Shown piece by piece: positions 1 through 12,991 of a stretch of DNA of 64,000 nt. The notes under the pieces were generated by a model, which worked only from the letters and a program-made list of their open reading frames with translations, did not search any database and had not been told where the DNA came from. Every line of letters starts with the position of its first letter. Positions within the stretch are counted from its first letter, which is position 1. This DNA is from Octopus bimaculoides (lineage: Eukaryota): contig NC_068986.1 in assembly GCF_001194135.2 (NCBI RefSeq), positions 22,046,558 to 22,110,557 of the forward strand, read 5' to 3'. The position numbers and the translations under genes are program-made.

Positions 1-22
1 ATTGGTTTCTGTATATACATAC

Positions 23-120
23 AGATTGAAGCCATTCCTCTTATCACATGCATCTGTCATCAGGATATCAACAATGAAGACTTGCAATTGATTTGATTTG
101 GACAGTTTCACTGCTATTAT
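23..120 (-). CDS. Internal coding exon of the minus-strand gene (IIAVKLSKSNQLQVFIVDILMTDACDKRNGFN); the gene continues past base 1
   Basis: Acceptor ttgttgctctactatttatag| and donor aatct|gtatgt. 98 nt, open only in phase 0 to phase 2; the other two frames contain stops. Confidence 0.65.
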
Positions 121-480
121 CTATAAATAGTAGAGCAACAAGCTAATAAAATCATTAGTGTTGCAATGTGTCCCTTGTGAAAACTGTGGCCCCTTGTTTG
201 CTTACCTGATCTCCCTGAGATCAAGTAACAAAGCCATCATTACCTGACAAGCATCACAGTATTGAGAAGAAGATAACCATCCTTTCAACTTCCCAATACT
301 AAATTGCCTGAGACCACCTCTGGTTCTTTGATCCAAAAACTTGGCATTTTAAAGTGGGTCTTTTTTTTAAATTTCTAAATTAAAAACCTTCAATCAACAT
401 TTATTAAGTTAGGTTCCAAACACCACAAAGGAAAAAGTGAGTTACTTTACTAAAATCCATCTAAAATATTAATTTAAAAT

Positions 481-899
481 TTTGGCACAAAGCCAGCAAT
501 TTCAGGGTAGGGGGAATCGATTACATCATCTCCAGTACTCAACTGGTACTTATTTTATTGACCCTGAAAGGAAGAAAGGCAAAGTCGACAACAGTGGAAT
601 TTGAACACAGAGCATGAAGACAGACAAAATGCCACTAAGCATTTTGTCCAGCATGCTAATGATTCTTATTTCTTTATTGCCCACAAGGGGCTAATCACAG
701 AGGGGACAAACAAGGACAGACAAAGAGATTAAGTCGATTACATCGACTCCAGTGCATAACTGGTACTTAATTTATCGACTCCGAAAGGATTAAAGGCAAA
801 GTTGACCTCGGCAGAATTTGAACTCAGAATGTAACAGCAGACGAAATTCCGCTAAGCATTTCGCCCGGCACGCTAAAGATTCTGCCAGCTTGCTGCCTT
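481..899 (-). mobile_element. Two tandem copies of a tRNA-derived SINE family (family B); 667-899 is little diverged
   Basis: Shared core gagttcaaattc..ccgaggtcaactttgcctttcatcctttcggggtcgataaattaagtaccag recurs many times in the window, with a B-box-like gagttcaaattc. Confidence 0.85.
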
Positions 900-1088
900 C
901 ATGTTAATGCTAATGATTCTGCCAACTCACTGTCTTATCCATCCAAAATATTGGCTACTTTTGAGTAGAACATTACTATATTTCTTTAAAAATAGGACAA
1001 AAATGTTAATGACAGCAAAGGTTAACTATTTTTTTTTTGTTTTTTTCTATTTATTTTTTTTACATAAGGCTTTGTGGAGCTAATTTAC

Positions 1089-1096
1089 CTGGTCAT
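1089..1096 (-). CDS. Probable 3' end of an exon whose body lies in N-gap 1097-1722
   Basis: Strong donor atgaccag|gtaaat right at the gap edge. Read as ..AT GAC CAG| it is phase 0 and compatible with exon 23-120. The exon body is not visible. Confidence 0.4.
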
Positions 1097-2188
1097 NNNN
1101 NNNNNNNNNNNNNNNNNNNNNNNNNNNNNNNNNNNNNNNNNNNNNNNNNNNNNNNNNNNNNNNNNNNNNNNNNNNNNNNNNNNNNNNNNNNNNNNNNNNN
1201 NNNNNNNNNNNNNNNNNNNNNNNNNNNNNNNNNNNNNNNNNNNNNNNNNNNNNNNNNNNNNNNNNNNNNNNNNNNNNNNNNNNNNNNNNNNNNNNNNNNN
1301 NNNNNNNNNNNNNNNNNNNNNNNNNNNNNNNNNNNNNNNNNNNNNNNNNNNNNNNNNNNNNNNNNNNNNNNNNNNNNNNNNNNNNNNNNNNNNNNNNNNN
1401 NNNNNNNNNNNNNNNNNNNNNNNNNNNNNNNNNNNNNNNNNNNNNNNNNNNNNNNNNNNNNNNNNNNNNNNNNNNNNNNNNNNNNNNNNNNNNNNNNNNN
1501 NNNNNNNNNNNNNNNNNNNNNNNNNNNNNNNNNNNNNNNNNNNNNNNNNNNNNNNNNNNNNNNNNNNNNNNNNNNNNNNNNNNNNNNNNNNNNNNNNNNN
1601 NNNNNNNNNNNNNNNNNNNNNNNNNNNNNNNNNNNNNNNNNNNNNNNNNNNNNNNNNNNNNNNNNNNNNNNNNNNNNNNNNNNNNNNNNNNNNNNNNNNN
1701 NNNNNNNNNNNNNNNNNNNNNNGGGGGGGGGGTCAACATAACAATAAAATAAGGAATTATTTTCACAGGATGCAGAAACATGGTTTACAGAAAAAAATGG
1801 ACCATTTTCCTTTACGTGTTGAGGAATTTAAAAATTAAAAATATAAACATATTTACGCAATGAACTTACAGAATTGTTTACAGTATCAAACAAAATGTTT
1901 AACAAGTATTTATTCTGATTCTTTACATTCTGAGTTCAAATCTTACCCAAGCCAACTTTGCCCTTCAGCCTTCCTAGGACAATAAAATAAAATACCAACC
2001 TAGATCAAGGTTTTAGCAGGAGTGTTAGAGCATTGGACAAAATGCTTTACAGTATTTGTTTTGGCTCTTAGCACTTTAAATGCTCAGGCAGATTTGTGGA
2101 AGACTTGTCTGTATCTAGTTGACAAGATAGTGTCTTACAGACGCATGCCGTCGGTAATTACTCAGGCCATCTAGAGAATTGCCACAGG

Positions 2189-2190
<2 letters not shown>

Positions 2191-2219
<29 letters not shown>

Positions 2220-2411
2220 GTTTAACGTCCGCTTTCCATGCTAGCATGGGTTGGACGATTTGACTGAGGACTGGTGAAACCGGATGGCAACACCAGGCTC
2301 CAATCTGATTTGGCAGAGTTTCTACAGCTGGATGCCCTTCCTAACGCCAACCACTCAGAGAGGGTAGTGAGTGCTTTTACGTGTCACCCGCACGAAGGCC
2401 AGTCAGGCGGT
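2191..2411 (-). mobile_element. 5'-truncated RTE-type LINE 3' end with (GAT)n tail (family C)
   Basis: The element strand ends ...ccaacccatgctagcatggaaagcggacgttaaacgatgatgatg. There are more than 15 related copies; longer copies (51875-52170) extend into RT-like coding remnants. Confidence 0.75.
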
Positions 2412-2471
2412 AATCTTTACAAAACAAACTGCCTTGCAACAAGCACTTTCTCTAAAAGAAACTACCCTTAC

Positions 2472-2610
2472 TGCCTTTTTTAAGTTGTGTCAAGTACATA
2501 AAGATGCAAGAAAACTCCTTTACCCACAAAGCTAATTCACAAGACAATTCTTCCTTCTCATCACAAACATTTGTAAACTTTGATCTATTCATCACTTCCT
2601 GCTGGTTTAC
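2472..2610 (-). CDS. Candidate internal exon (VNQQEVMNRSKFTNVCDEKEELSCELALWVKEFSCIFMYLTQLKKG)
   Basis: Acceptor tttatcagtag| and donor ggca|gtaagg; 139 nt open, phase 0 to phase 1. It needs an unseen phase 1 to 0 exon in gap 2622-2960 to join exon 3594-3810. Alternative readings: tag|gtaaac is a donor, or this is a short terminal exon ending at TAG 2585. Confidence 0.4.
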
Positions 2611-2960
2611 CTACTGATAAANNNNNNNNNNNNNNNNNNNNNNNNNNNNNNNNNNNNNNNNNNNNNNNNNNNNNNNNNNNNNNNNNNNNNNNNNNNNNNN
2701 NNNNNNNNNNNNNNNNNNNNNNNNNNNNNNNNNNNNNNNNNNNNNNNNNNNNNNNNNNNNNNNNNNNNNNNNNNNNNNNNNNNNNNNNNNNNNNNNNNNN
2801 NNNNNNNNNNNNNNNNNNNNNNNNNNNNNNNNNNNNNNNNNNNNNNNNNNNNNNNNNNNNNNNNNNNNNNNNNNNNNNNNNNNNNNNNNNNNNNNNNNNN
2901 NNNNNNNNNNNNNNNNNNNNNNNNNNNNNNNNNNNNNNNNNNNNNNNNNNNNNNNNNNNN

Positions 2961-3347
2961 CTCCGTAACCGTTTTGCAATTATACAATTGACATGTGTCA
3001 ACTTGGCAGTCCCCTACAGCTTTGGATGAAACATCGTGAGGACATGGCTGAGGACTTAAAGTATGCAGTTCAACAGGCAAACCCAGATATCAATATTCAG
3101 TTCTCTGAAACAATTTTTAACCAAACACAGATTGAAATTGAGGATCAAGTTTTGACCACAGGAGGCAAAAATTTGCAAGAGTCTGGTTCTGGACTGCCAA
3201 AAACAAACTGTCAAATTAGTGATTTAACTTGAAGAGACATAGCAAGAGAGATAAATTATGACATCACAGACTCGGCTGCATTTGTGAATGAACATCAACC
3301 TAAACTTCTTCCAGAACAATGCTGTGCACATGATAAAATTTTTCATG

Positions 3348-3381
<34 letters not shown>

Positions 3382-3542
3382 TTATATTGTGAATTGATTT
3401 CCCAACTGAAAAATAAATTTTACCCCAATTGAAAAATAAATTGAATTTAGAATAACAAATTTCTCTACAACATATTTTGCTTTTTTCTTCCAATATATAG
3501 GGAACAATTTTATTCCCGGGCAACGCTGGGTGTCTCTGCTAG
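2961..3542 (+). mobile_element. Helitron deletion derivative: decayed Rep/helicase linker fragment plus 3' terminus
   Basis: Translation LRNRFAII..TC/QLGSPLQLWMKHREDMAEDL...IFNQTQIEIEDQVL...REINYD resembles Helitron RepHel. Hairpin cccgggcaacgctggg at 3515-3530 is followed by CTAG (3539-3542) and then T. Confidence 0.8.
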
Positions 3543-3593
3543 TAGAACATAAAACATACATAGAAAACAATATAATTCAATCAATTATTTTAC

Positions 3594-3810
3594 CTTCTGC
3601 ATGGTTATAGGGACCATGGGAATTTGTAGAAACATTGTTGGTAGAATCCAATAATCTATTTCCATCTCCAGTGGGTAAACATAAAGTTGAAGACTGAGGA
3701 CTGTGAAAGGAGTCCTTTCTCTCTTCCCCTTCAGGGGAGAGTCTTTTAAGATGGGATTCTAAGTTGGCATTCATGGTGTTGTCATAAACTTCATAATCAT
3801 CATCAATATC
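3594..3810 (-). CDS. Coding exon, acidic/Ser-rich low-complexity segment (DIDDDYEVYDNTMNANLESHLKRLSPEGEERKDSFHSPQSS...GPYNHAE)
   Basis: Acceptor tttttttaccag| and donor gaag|gtaaaa; 217 nt, 72 open codons. Its phase-0 start matches the phase-0 end of exon 4678-4740. Confidence 0.85.
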
Positions 3811-4677
3811 CTGGTAAAAAAATATATAAAATATATATATAAAGTAGAACATGTTTTCTTTTTTTTTTTTGCAGAAAGCAGTTATAAAGTGATTGACATT
3901 AGGAAGGGCATCCAGTTATAAAAACTATGACTAAGCAGCTGACATCAAGTTGGATCCTGTCAAACCATCTAACCCATGCCGGCAAGGAAAACAGATGTCA
4001 AAAAATGATAATGATGCAATATTCAATTCTGTATCAATTTATAGCTAAATTTTATCATGTTATCAAGTAAAAATAGCAATAATAAAATCTATAAAAATCA
4101 AAACCATATAAAAAGACAAGTTTTAGTAGAAATATTAATAAATATAAGTGCTTACAATTGATGAAATAACCCAAGAAGAGACGAAGTCTTGAATGTACTT
4201 CATTCTAATTTACAAGTATATTGGATCACAAAATTATTATTATTATTAATCTGCAAGCTAGTAGAAATAATAGAATGCAATCCCAAAACTCTTACATCAT
4301 TCTATCCAGATTTTGAATTATATCAGGGCTAATTTAGCATTTCATTCTTTCAAGATTGATACAATACGAACAAGTAGCATGCTAAAATAGATTCAACTGA
4401 TAAAATTATGCCTGTGAAATATATGTAGTGTAAAGAAAAACAGTTAATAACTACCACTGTAAAACATTAAGTTAGTTTCACTATCAAACAGGAAATAGAA
4501 GTGAGGGGGTGTCTAGAATGATGCAACACAATAAAAATAGTACAAACAGATGATGAAATATTTGTAAAATAAAAATGAATAAATAAAATAAAATAAATAA
4601 TAATAAAGGCAGTGCTCCAGTATGGCCAGAGTCAAATGACTGACACAAAGGAAAAGAGATGAAATTCTATAACTCAC

Positions 4678-4740
4678 CTGTTCCTGCAACGCTACAATTA
4701 CATTCTTGATTCTGTTTAGTTCTACTGAAGCTTTTGTACT
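4678..4740 (-). CDS. Coding exon, amphipathic capping helix (STKASVELNRIKNVIVALQEQ)
   Basis: Long pyrimidine tract ctcttctctctcctcccgtttatccag| and donor cag|gtgagt; 63 nt, phase 0 to 0, in frame with both neighbouring exons. Confidence 0.85.
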
Positions 4741-5387
4741 CTGGATAAACGGGAGGAGAGAGAAGAGAATTTAGAGAAATAAATGTTTAAAAATCATTGT
4801 AAAACAAGTTTCTTTACCGCGCGCGTGTGTGTGTGTGTGCGTGCGTGTGCGTGTGTGTGTGATGATTTTGATTTTAAAATAGGAGAGGAAAACTGCAAAT
4901 TTTGGGGGAGGGTAAAGTCAAGTTCAACTCCAGTTCCTGATTAGTATTATATTTTATATTTTAACGACCCCCCGGAACAATGAAAAGTAAAGTTGAACAT
5001 GGCAGGATGTAAAAAAGATTTATTAAAATTCAAACACAATTGCAATAAATAAAAAATATCTATTTATATATTTATATAGATGTGTATATTTATTCTAGCA
5101 ATATTGTCACAAAAACAAAAAGTAACATTTAATGAGAGGAATATTCTGCATGTGTGTGTGTACCCATAGTCCTGTGTTTATGCAAGTCAGTACAATTCAA
5201 AATGAAATATAGGTAAAATGCAAGCAATTGTTTAATCTTCATATCTCTATTTCCACTTCCTATATTTCATTTTACAGTGTATTGGTTTTTGAACAATTTT
5301 AACTCTTCTGGATCATGCTGATTCCACCAAACAATTACATTAAGGGTACAAATGTCTGTCGAATACTGAACCACTTTCAAGCTTTGT

Positions 5388-5590
5388 GAAGGTGCATGGC
5401 CTAGTGGTTAGGATGTTGCATTCACGATTGTGAGGTCATGGTTTTGATTCCCAGACTAGCTGTGCATCGAGTTCTTGAGCAAAACACTTCATTTCATGTT
5501 ATACCAGTCCACTCAGCTGTAAATGGGCAACCTTGCAACAGACTTGCATACAAGGGTGAGATGGTGACTCAGAGAAACCATGCAGAGGTC
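5388..5590 (+). mobile_element. Decayed tRNA-derived SINE related to 36015-36397
   Basis: tggcctagtggttagg (A box) and ggttttgattcccagact (B box) match the intact copy at 36015. Confidence 0.6.
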
Positions 5591-5874
5591 TCGCAAGCCA
5601 CATTTTGTATTCAGTAATTGAAAGGATGAATAATACAACCCATCCAGTGAATCCTGACTGGTTGGAATTAGTTGTTCAACAACATCAAAGGATGATGAGA
5701 CAAATTAATTCAAGGAGCAGGTGGCAGTTCAGATGAGCAAAGAACTGGAACATTCCATGTTGAAACAGACAGAGGATCCTTTGGTCACATAATGAAAATG
5801 TGTCCCATTAAAATCTCAAGAGCAAAATATATTTTCAAATGAGATTCAAGAAAGTATAGAAAAGTGAACATTTC

Positions 5875-6093
5875 ACTTTTCTGATACCAATCTACCTGAC
5901 ACTGCCTGTAATGCTAAGATACAAACATCTTATTCTTAATCTAATCTTCCACCAACATTTTATGTCAATTTATATTTCAAACATCAAATTAATAATAACA
6001 AAGTTATTTTACTAAATTCTTCATTATTTTAAAAATTAATAGAGACAAAGGTGTTTTTTTTTTTTCAACAGAAATATGGTAACAAAAGAGTTA
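5875..6093. mobile_element. TTAA-terminated MITE (family A)
   Basis: Ends ggtaacaaaagagttaa; internal sequence is shared with 284-470, 28862-29291 and 30178-30717. Confidence 0.6.
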
Positions 6094-6138
6094 AAGAACA
6101 GTTCCTCATTGACATAAGGAACCATAAGCATCACTTAC

Positions 6139-6260
6139 ATTAGGAATGATTTCTGCCCACTGTGTTGCAAATGATAAAGCAGCATCAAATTTTCCAAGTC
6201 GACACAGAAGTTTAACTTTACGTCCTAATGTCTTCTCATCATATGGATCAGTTTCCAAAC
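6139..6260 (-). CDS. Coding exon, TPR-like helical repeat (GLETDPYDEKTLGRKVKLLCRLGKFDAALSFATQWAEIIPN)
   Basis: Acceptor atcattctgtttcag| and donor aat|gtaagt; 122 nt, phase 1 to 0. The LExDP...LG.F..AL......I.P pattern resembles the TPR consensus (recognised by eye, no HMM run). Confidence 0.85.
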
Positions 6261-7380
6261 CTGAAACAGAATGATAAATGATACATCTTTACAAACTATG
6301 GCATCATGAAGTTGGTGCTTAACTTCAGACTTACTATGACTGTCGTTTGGCTTTAGCTTCACAGTCATCATCTATCGACTAAAATTTGACCACACATTGG
6401 AGCATAATGACAGATATGCAACATATACCATTTGACCATAAGTGTCCACAGTTTTCCAGCAGTCCCAGCATCACTATCCACCATAAGGGTCATGACCACG
6501 GTTCTGACAGGATGCTAATGGTTAATTTTCATATGAATGCGTTTTAAGATGATAACCTGGCTAGTAGACAGTTCTGGATGTCTTGTACAGTGCCTAGAAA
6601 GCACGTTGTAACTATTATCTTCCTGCTATTTTATTGGTCAAATGGAAAAGGTCACCTCAAAGTTGCTCACTGGTCATTTTCTGCAACCAGAACACCTAAG
6701 AATAACATACATCAGCTAGCCCTAAGTTAGCCCAATTTTAGTAAACCTATGATCCAGCCATAACCATCCTATCCCTTTTTTTTTTTTTTGTCCTTTTTTT
6801 TTTCAGTCATGATGTTATTTATGATACATTATTTAATTTATCCATTCTTTTATAAAATACATGGTAATTTGTCTGCTATTTCTAGGAAGTTGAGTGACTA
6901 CAGAGAGGATCCGCATTGAATAATAGCAACAAACTTTTTAGCTTTAAATGAATGAGAAGTGACTCTTACTCTAGATAGGTGACCAGTCTGTTGAGACCAG
7001 ACAATCTTAAAAATTAAGTACAAATGCAAATGATTCAGTGATTTATCCGTTGTGACTCAAATCAATGCCTCTTTATTGATTGATAACCATGGTGTACTGA
7101 CCATTATACAGTATACACTCACATACTTTGATTTGGACTTACGTTGCTCAAGTCATACTAATAAAGCTGGTCTGTTACCTCAAATGTTTGCTTACTTTTA
7201 TCATTCACAAACATTCAGCTGATTCAAACTGCTTTCTACTTTTAGACCCATGACTGGTAATTCTCAGCCAATACACACAGACCATCATCTGCACTTACAT
7301 CCGCAATTTTTAACAGTAACAAATCTATTTTTGTCCAATCTTTGATTAATCCTCAAAAAAAAATTTTCAATGATTATTTT

Positions 7381-7703
7381 TGTTGTTTTGGGATGATCAT
7401 TACTCCAATAGCAATACATGCACTGGTTCAATATTATTTCTTTATTGTTAGTCAATTAGTTAAATATACAACCAACAAATTGGTCATTGGTTTAATGTGC
7501 TGGTTAAAATATCAATCAGTTAATTAATCAAAGTACTTTCATCGTTATTCACAACCTGTTCAATGACTTGCCCTCTCTCTTTAAGGTCTACCCCTGGGTT
7601 TCGTTTTTTAGTTGATTTTAACCAACTGACTAACAATAAAGAAGTGATATTGAACCAGTGCATGTGTTATCATTATTGGCGTAATGACCCTCCCAAAACA
7701 ACA
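7381..7703. mobile_element. MITE-like foldback element with about 90-bp imperfect terminal inverted repeats
   Basis: 7381-7472 is the reverse complement of 7611-7703 (first 30 bp have 3 mismatches). Related sequence occurs at about 22930-22995. Confidence 0.75.
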
Positions 7704-8245
7704 AGACAATTTCAACACACGAATTCCCATCAAGAATCTTGCAAACCAAATACAAAAACAAAAAAAAACTTGCAATCTAATTTCAACAATATACAATATA
7801 TATTCCCAATAAATACAGACATACTGATGGATACGGATTCCCAGTCAATAAGTCGATAGCCTTCTGATTGGGTTGTTTCACTTCTATAGAAACAATAACT
7901 TATGTCAGCTGAAAATAGAAAAGCCACTTATGTGGTCACTTGACCCACAGGAAATATCAACTAAATCGCCCATGTACCCTATTCTTAAAAAGGCAGAAGA
8001 TTGGTTAACGTAGTCCTAGAAACATTGTGTCTTAAAAAATGAAGTTGAGATGGTCTTAGCTACCTTGCTGTTATATTTTCTGTATGGGAGCTAAACGAGG
8101 AAGGGGGGGGGTCTAAGCAATAGCACTGCACAGTTAATTATTGAATAAGCTATACAATCCATTCACTAAATTTATTCCAAGTGTATTCACATTAAACAAA
8201 GCATAATATACACATAAACACGTTTAAAACAATTTCATAATAATA

Positions 8246-8550
8246 ATTTCTTTATTGCCCACGGGGGNNNNNNNNNNNNNNNNNNNNNNNNNNNNNNNNN
8301 NNNNNNNNNNNNNNNNNNNNNNNNNNNNNNNNNNNNNNNNNNNNNNNNNCTAAACAGAGGGGACAAACAAGGACAGACAAAGGGATTAAGTCGATTATAT
8401 TAACCTCAGTGCATAACTGGTACTTATTTAATCAATCCCGAAAGGATGAAAAGCAAAGTCAACCTTGGTGGAATTTGAACCCAGAATGTAATGGCAGACG
8501 AAATACCGCTAAGCATTTCGCCAGCGTGCTAACGATTCTGCTAGCTTGCC
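8246..8550 (-). mobile_element. SINE family B copy spanning N-gap 8268-8349
   Basis: Close match to 667-899. Confidence 0.85.
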
Positions 8551-9292
8551 AGACGATCATTTCTACTAAAGAGACAAGGCTTGAAATTTGGAGAGAGGGG
8601 ACTAGTCAATTACATCAACCCAGTATTTCACTGGTACTTTCCATAAATCTACAACATCATAAAATTAGCTACTGTGTGACATCTTCAATAATAATAATAA
8701 TAATAATAAAATGATAATCCTTTCTATTATAGGCACAAGGCCTGAAATATTGGGGAAGGGGTCTACTTGATTACATCAACCCCCCAAAGGATCAAAGGCA
8801 AAGTCTACTCTGGTGATGTGTGAACCTAGAAAAAAAAACAGACGAAATGTTGTTATGTATTGTGCAAGGCATGCTAAAAATTTTGCTACCTTGCCACCTT
8901 AACAACAATAATAGTAGTAGTAGTAGTAGTAGTAGTCATGCTTATGAAAGGAATGACAATACTGGTTAAAATAGAAAAAATTTTACAAAAAACTCAAAAA
9001 ATCAGGATAGTGCTGCTATGCAAATGAAGATCGTAAGTATGAGAAAGAGATGCAAATACTAAATTACAGCAACATTACTGGAAAAAGATTCAACAAAAAT
9101 TATATTTCAGATATATGTAGTGCATGGCTTTATTAGGTCAGTGTTTGAGAGAAAGAGATGGGCTTGGTGTGTTAGTAATCTAACTGGTTAGATCACTCTC
9201 ATTTGGAGTGTCTTTCCCATGACACATATCTCTATTTGTCATTAGAAATTCTTTCTTTGAAGTTCCAATATGGACTGCTCATNNNNNNNNNN

Positions 9293-9339
<47 letters not shown>

Positions 9340-12015
9340 TACATATTATATATATATAAACCAACTTAGACCGTTTTCGTTCATTTAATTAACAATGACA
9401 GATACATATAAATAAACTGCTGTTGAGACTGAACTTCTAACTGATTCAAACATGATATAACAAGATATAACTGTTGATTGCATTAGCACTGCTACTCTCC
9501 TGGAATGTCTTCTATAGCCTGTCTATTTGCCCACCGCAGTTATGCTCCCTGGAAGACCTCATTTGAAACATCAAAAACTCATCTCCTACTGGCGATGTTT
9601 CTCTGTCCATTATGTTTTATGTTCGTTAACTCTTCCTAAACTGTTGGTGCAAGGACAATGAAACTCAAACCAGCAACTCCTCCAATTCCAGGGAATGTTC
9701 TAAGGGGATCTATTTTTTTAAGGGCCACCTAATTGGGGCCCCACTGACTCACCTACTTTTACTGAATTTTAAACTAAATATATGGCATTGGCGACCAAAT
9801 CGGAGCAATGACAACAAATATCCTACCATGAACTCTCAAGCATTATCGTGAGGAGGTTCAATTTCTGAAGAGCTGCTTAAATGGGACCCCACTGACCCCT
9901 ACTATTTTTACTGCATTTACCTTGCTCCTACACTTATTGATTAAACTATGATCAGCATCGGAGCTTAGCATATTTTCAGAAATAAGTTTAATTACACAAG
10001 AGTAGAGGGCGACAAAGTCACCCAATAGTGGGGCTGAAGGCCTCAAAGGTGCCCTCCATAGGAGCTAGCCTGAATACCGCCCAAAGAGTGGTTTCAAGGC
10101 TAGTATATAATAAATGATGAGTTTACACATCACAAACCACTTATACAGATCACAGCACTTAACTGACACTGATATTTGTTTCAGGTTACAAAGCAGAAAT
10201 ATTACACACAGAATAAACAAATATTATAATCTCTGTAATGATGATATATAATATTATTTTACATCCCTTTTACTATGTTAGCAATGGTTGACATGTTGTT
10301 CCAGCACAACATCTCATTTGTTGCATGTGACACACACACCTGATAATAATGCTTACCCAATTAAATAAACTTGAATTACTGCCAAACAGAAATGGTAGTA
10401 TATAAATAGGAACAATCAAAACAGTAAAAAAAAGAGGAAATGTTTCATATACACATGATTATTCCTACAGTTAGAATGTTATGTCTGATTCTAGGTCTGG
10501 AGTAGATTTCTTCTAAATCATACGGAGAGTGATTGTGTAGATTTCTGAAACTTAGATGATTCACTTCAGCACTAAATCAAAAATAGTTGGATTCCAATTA
10601 ACTGGCTACAATGACAGATTATCATGAAACAGACATAGCTGTGTAGTTAAGAAATATTACTCGACAACCATGTGACATCAAGCCTACTGTGTGCTGCCTT
10701 CTACTATAGCCTTGGGATGGCCAAATCAGTGTAAGATTTTGTGAGTGGAAACAGCAGGGAAGCCTACTGCAACATGTAACATCATCATTTAACATGTATT
10801 TTCCATGCTGGCATGGGTTGGGAAGTTTGACAGGAGTGGCAATCCGGAGGGCTGTACTATGCTCAAGTCATCTGATTTGGCATGGTTTCTATGGTTGGAT
10901 GCCTTTTCTAATGACAACCGTTTCACAGAATGTACTGGGTATTATTCATGTGGTGCTGGCATGGGTACTTTTTTAAGCGATGCCAGCACTGGCACACATC
11001 TATGTGACATCAGCATGAATGCCTCTTTAAGAGGTACTGGCAAGAGTGTTATTTTACATGGAACTAGCATGAGTGCTTCTTAGATGGCACCTGCACGGGT
11101 GCTTTTTACATGGTGCTAGTACATAGCATTATCATTACTGTTTTTGTTAGTTTAATTAATTTTTTTACCAAGGGTTGGCCAGGTCTCACTGTGTCTACCC
11201 ACTTAGCATGGTCCCTCACCATGCATACACATCAGCATGGGATGACAAAATGAATGCATCAGATAAAGACATCTTGTGGTATTTGTTTTGAATTTGTTAC
11301 ATCACTTTACTCCGAGTTTGACTCCACCATTCTATCTTCCAAGGCCCACAAAACAAGTACTGGAACCAATATAACCAATAGAATCCCATGGTAATGATGC
11401 TCCAAGACCACAGTCAGTTGACTAAATCTAATAAAAGGAACATGATATTTAATAGAACATTAAAATAAAATGGGAAACAAAGAATATTGTCATAAAAATG
11501 ATGAGTGTTCAATTGCATCTGTACATCAACTTTCTGTGGATGGAATAAAAGGGGTGGAATTTTGGGATAAGCACCCTCACCATAGACATTTCTAAAAAAT
11601 TCTTTCTTCAAATATTTCTTTGGGCTTCTATGTTTTAAACACAATTACTTTAAACTAGTAAAAATATATACATATATAAACAGGTGTTTCTAAAATTCAT
11701 AGTTGGTTGGAAAGCGAGGCAGTGAATAAAATTCAAGCAACAAAAATATATTCAAATATAATGATTTTACCCTCAAACATTATTTATCTTTCTGAAGGCT
11801 AGTCATTCTGTTTCAGTACTACTTCATTCATAACATTCTTTAAAGATTTTATGGTGAGAAACAGTATCACATTCAGTTAAGTGAAGCATTTATTTAAAAG
11901 ATCTAAATTATAGTACCCAGGTTTTTATTATTCGAGCTTTATGTCTCCAGTCTACAACAATATGGCTACAATGAGGTCACTGAGGTCATAGATATTTATG
12001 TTTCATTGATAGGAG

Positions 12016-12080
<65 letters not shown>

Positions 12081-12591
12081 AATAGAACATTTATAGAACA
12101 TTAAAACAAATTATGAACAAAAAACTTTTGTTTTGTATTTTATTCACTTGTCATTGTTTTTAAGATGTGTAATTATTTGGAAATGTTTGGGTTAAAATGG
12201 GGGTAGATGAATATAAATGATGTCCAGATGATGACATTCTGAAAATTTGATTTTAGATATGTCTAGTTTAGTTTTGTGATATTATTGATAGTCTGAGAAT
12301 GTATTGATAGTCTGAGGTTTAATAAGACATCATTAGCAAAGTATAGACTTCCAGAGTTATCCTTGCCGTAATGATTAAAATAATGTTAGTCATTAAGCTA
12401 ATGTATTTTCTTTGCCATATAAACATTCCTATGTAGATTTCTTGTACTCATTGCATTCAATACATTAATACTAACTTAACTATTACTTTTTCATGCAGAT
12501 GGCACCTGAGTGGTTTAGTTATTTATTACTTTTTAACTGTCATACTTTACAATCGTGAAGTGGCAGAGATCTTCTACATGCTTATCTAGTT

Positions 12592-12802
12592 TACTTTTTT
12601 ACTCTTTTACTTGTTTCAGTCATTTGACTGCAGCCATGCTGGAGCACCGCCTTTAGTCGGGCAAATCAACCCCAGGACTTATTCTTTGTAAGCCTAGTAC
12701 TTATTCTATCTTTCTCTTTTGCCGATCCGCTAAGTTACGGGGATGTAAACACACCACCATCGGTTGTCAAGCGATGTTAGGGGGACAAACACAGACTCAC
12801 AA

Positions 12803-12833
<31 letters not shown>

Positions 12834-12991
12834 CATGATGGGCTTCTTTCAGTTTCCGTCTACCAAACCCACTCACAAGGCTTTGGTCGGCCTGAGGCTA
12901 TAGTAGAAGACACTAGCCCAAAGTGCCATGCAGTGGGACTGAACCCAGAACCATGTGGTTGGTAAGCAAGCTACTTACCACACAGCCACTC
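12592..12991 (-). mobile_element. Full-length CORE-type tRNA SINE (family A) with internal (CA)n(TA)n
   Basis: The element strand has head gagtggctgtgtggtaagtagcttgcttaccaaccacatggtt, CORE-like gcac(c/t)ttggg..agtgtcttctactatagcc, and tail gactgaaacaagtaaaagagt. Confidence 0.85.

Noticed and set aside
23-120. IIAVK...F..DI.M resemblance to kinase subdomains II-III
   Set aside because: Too short, and the conserved Glu is missing; no other kinase motif is visible.
206-298. Alternative small exons 206-243 (VMMALLLDLREI) or 244-298 (IGKLKGWLSSSQYCDACQ)
   Set aside because: The first ends in phase 2, incompatible with exon 23-120. The second needs a weak acceptor inside a MITE. Neither can be resolved without RNA data.
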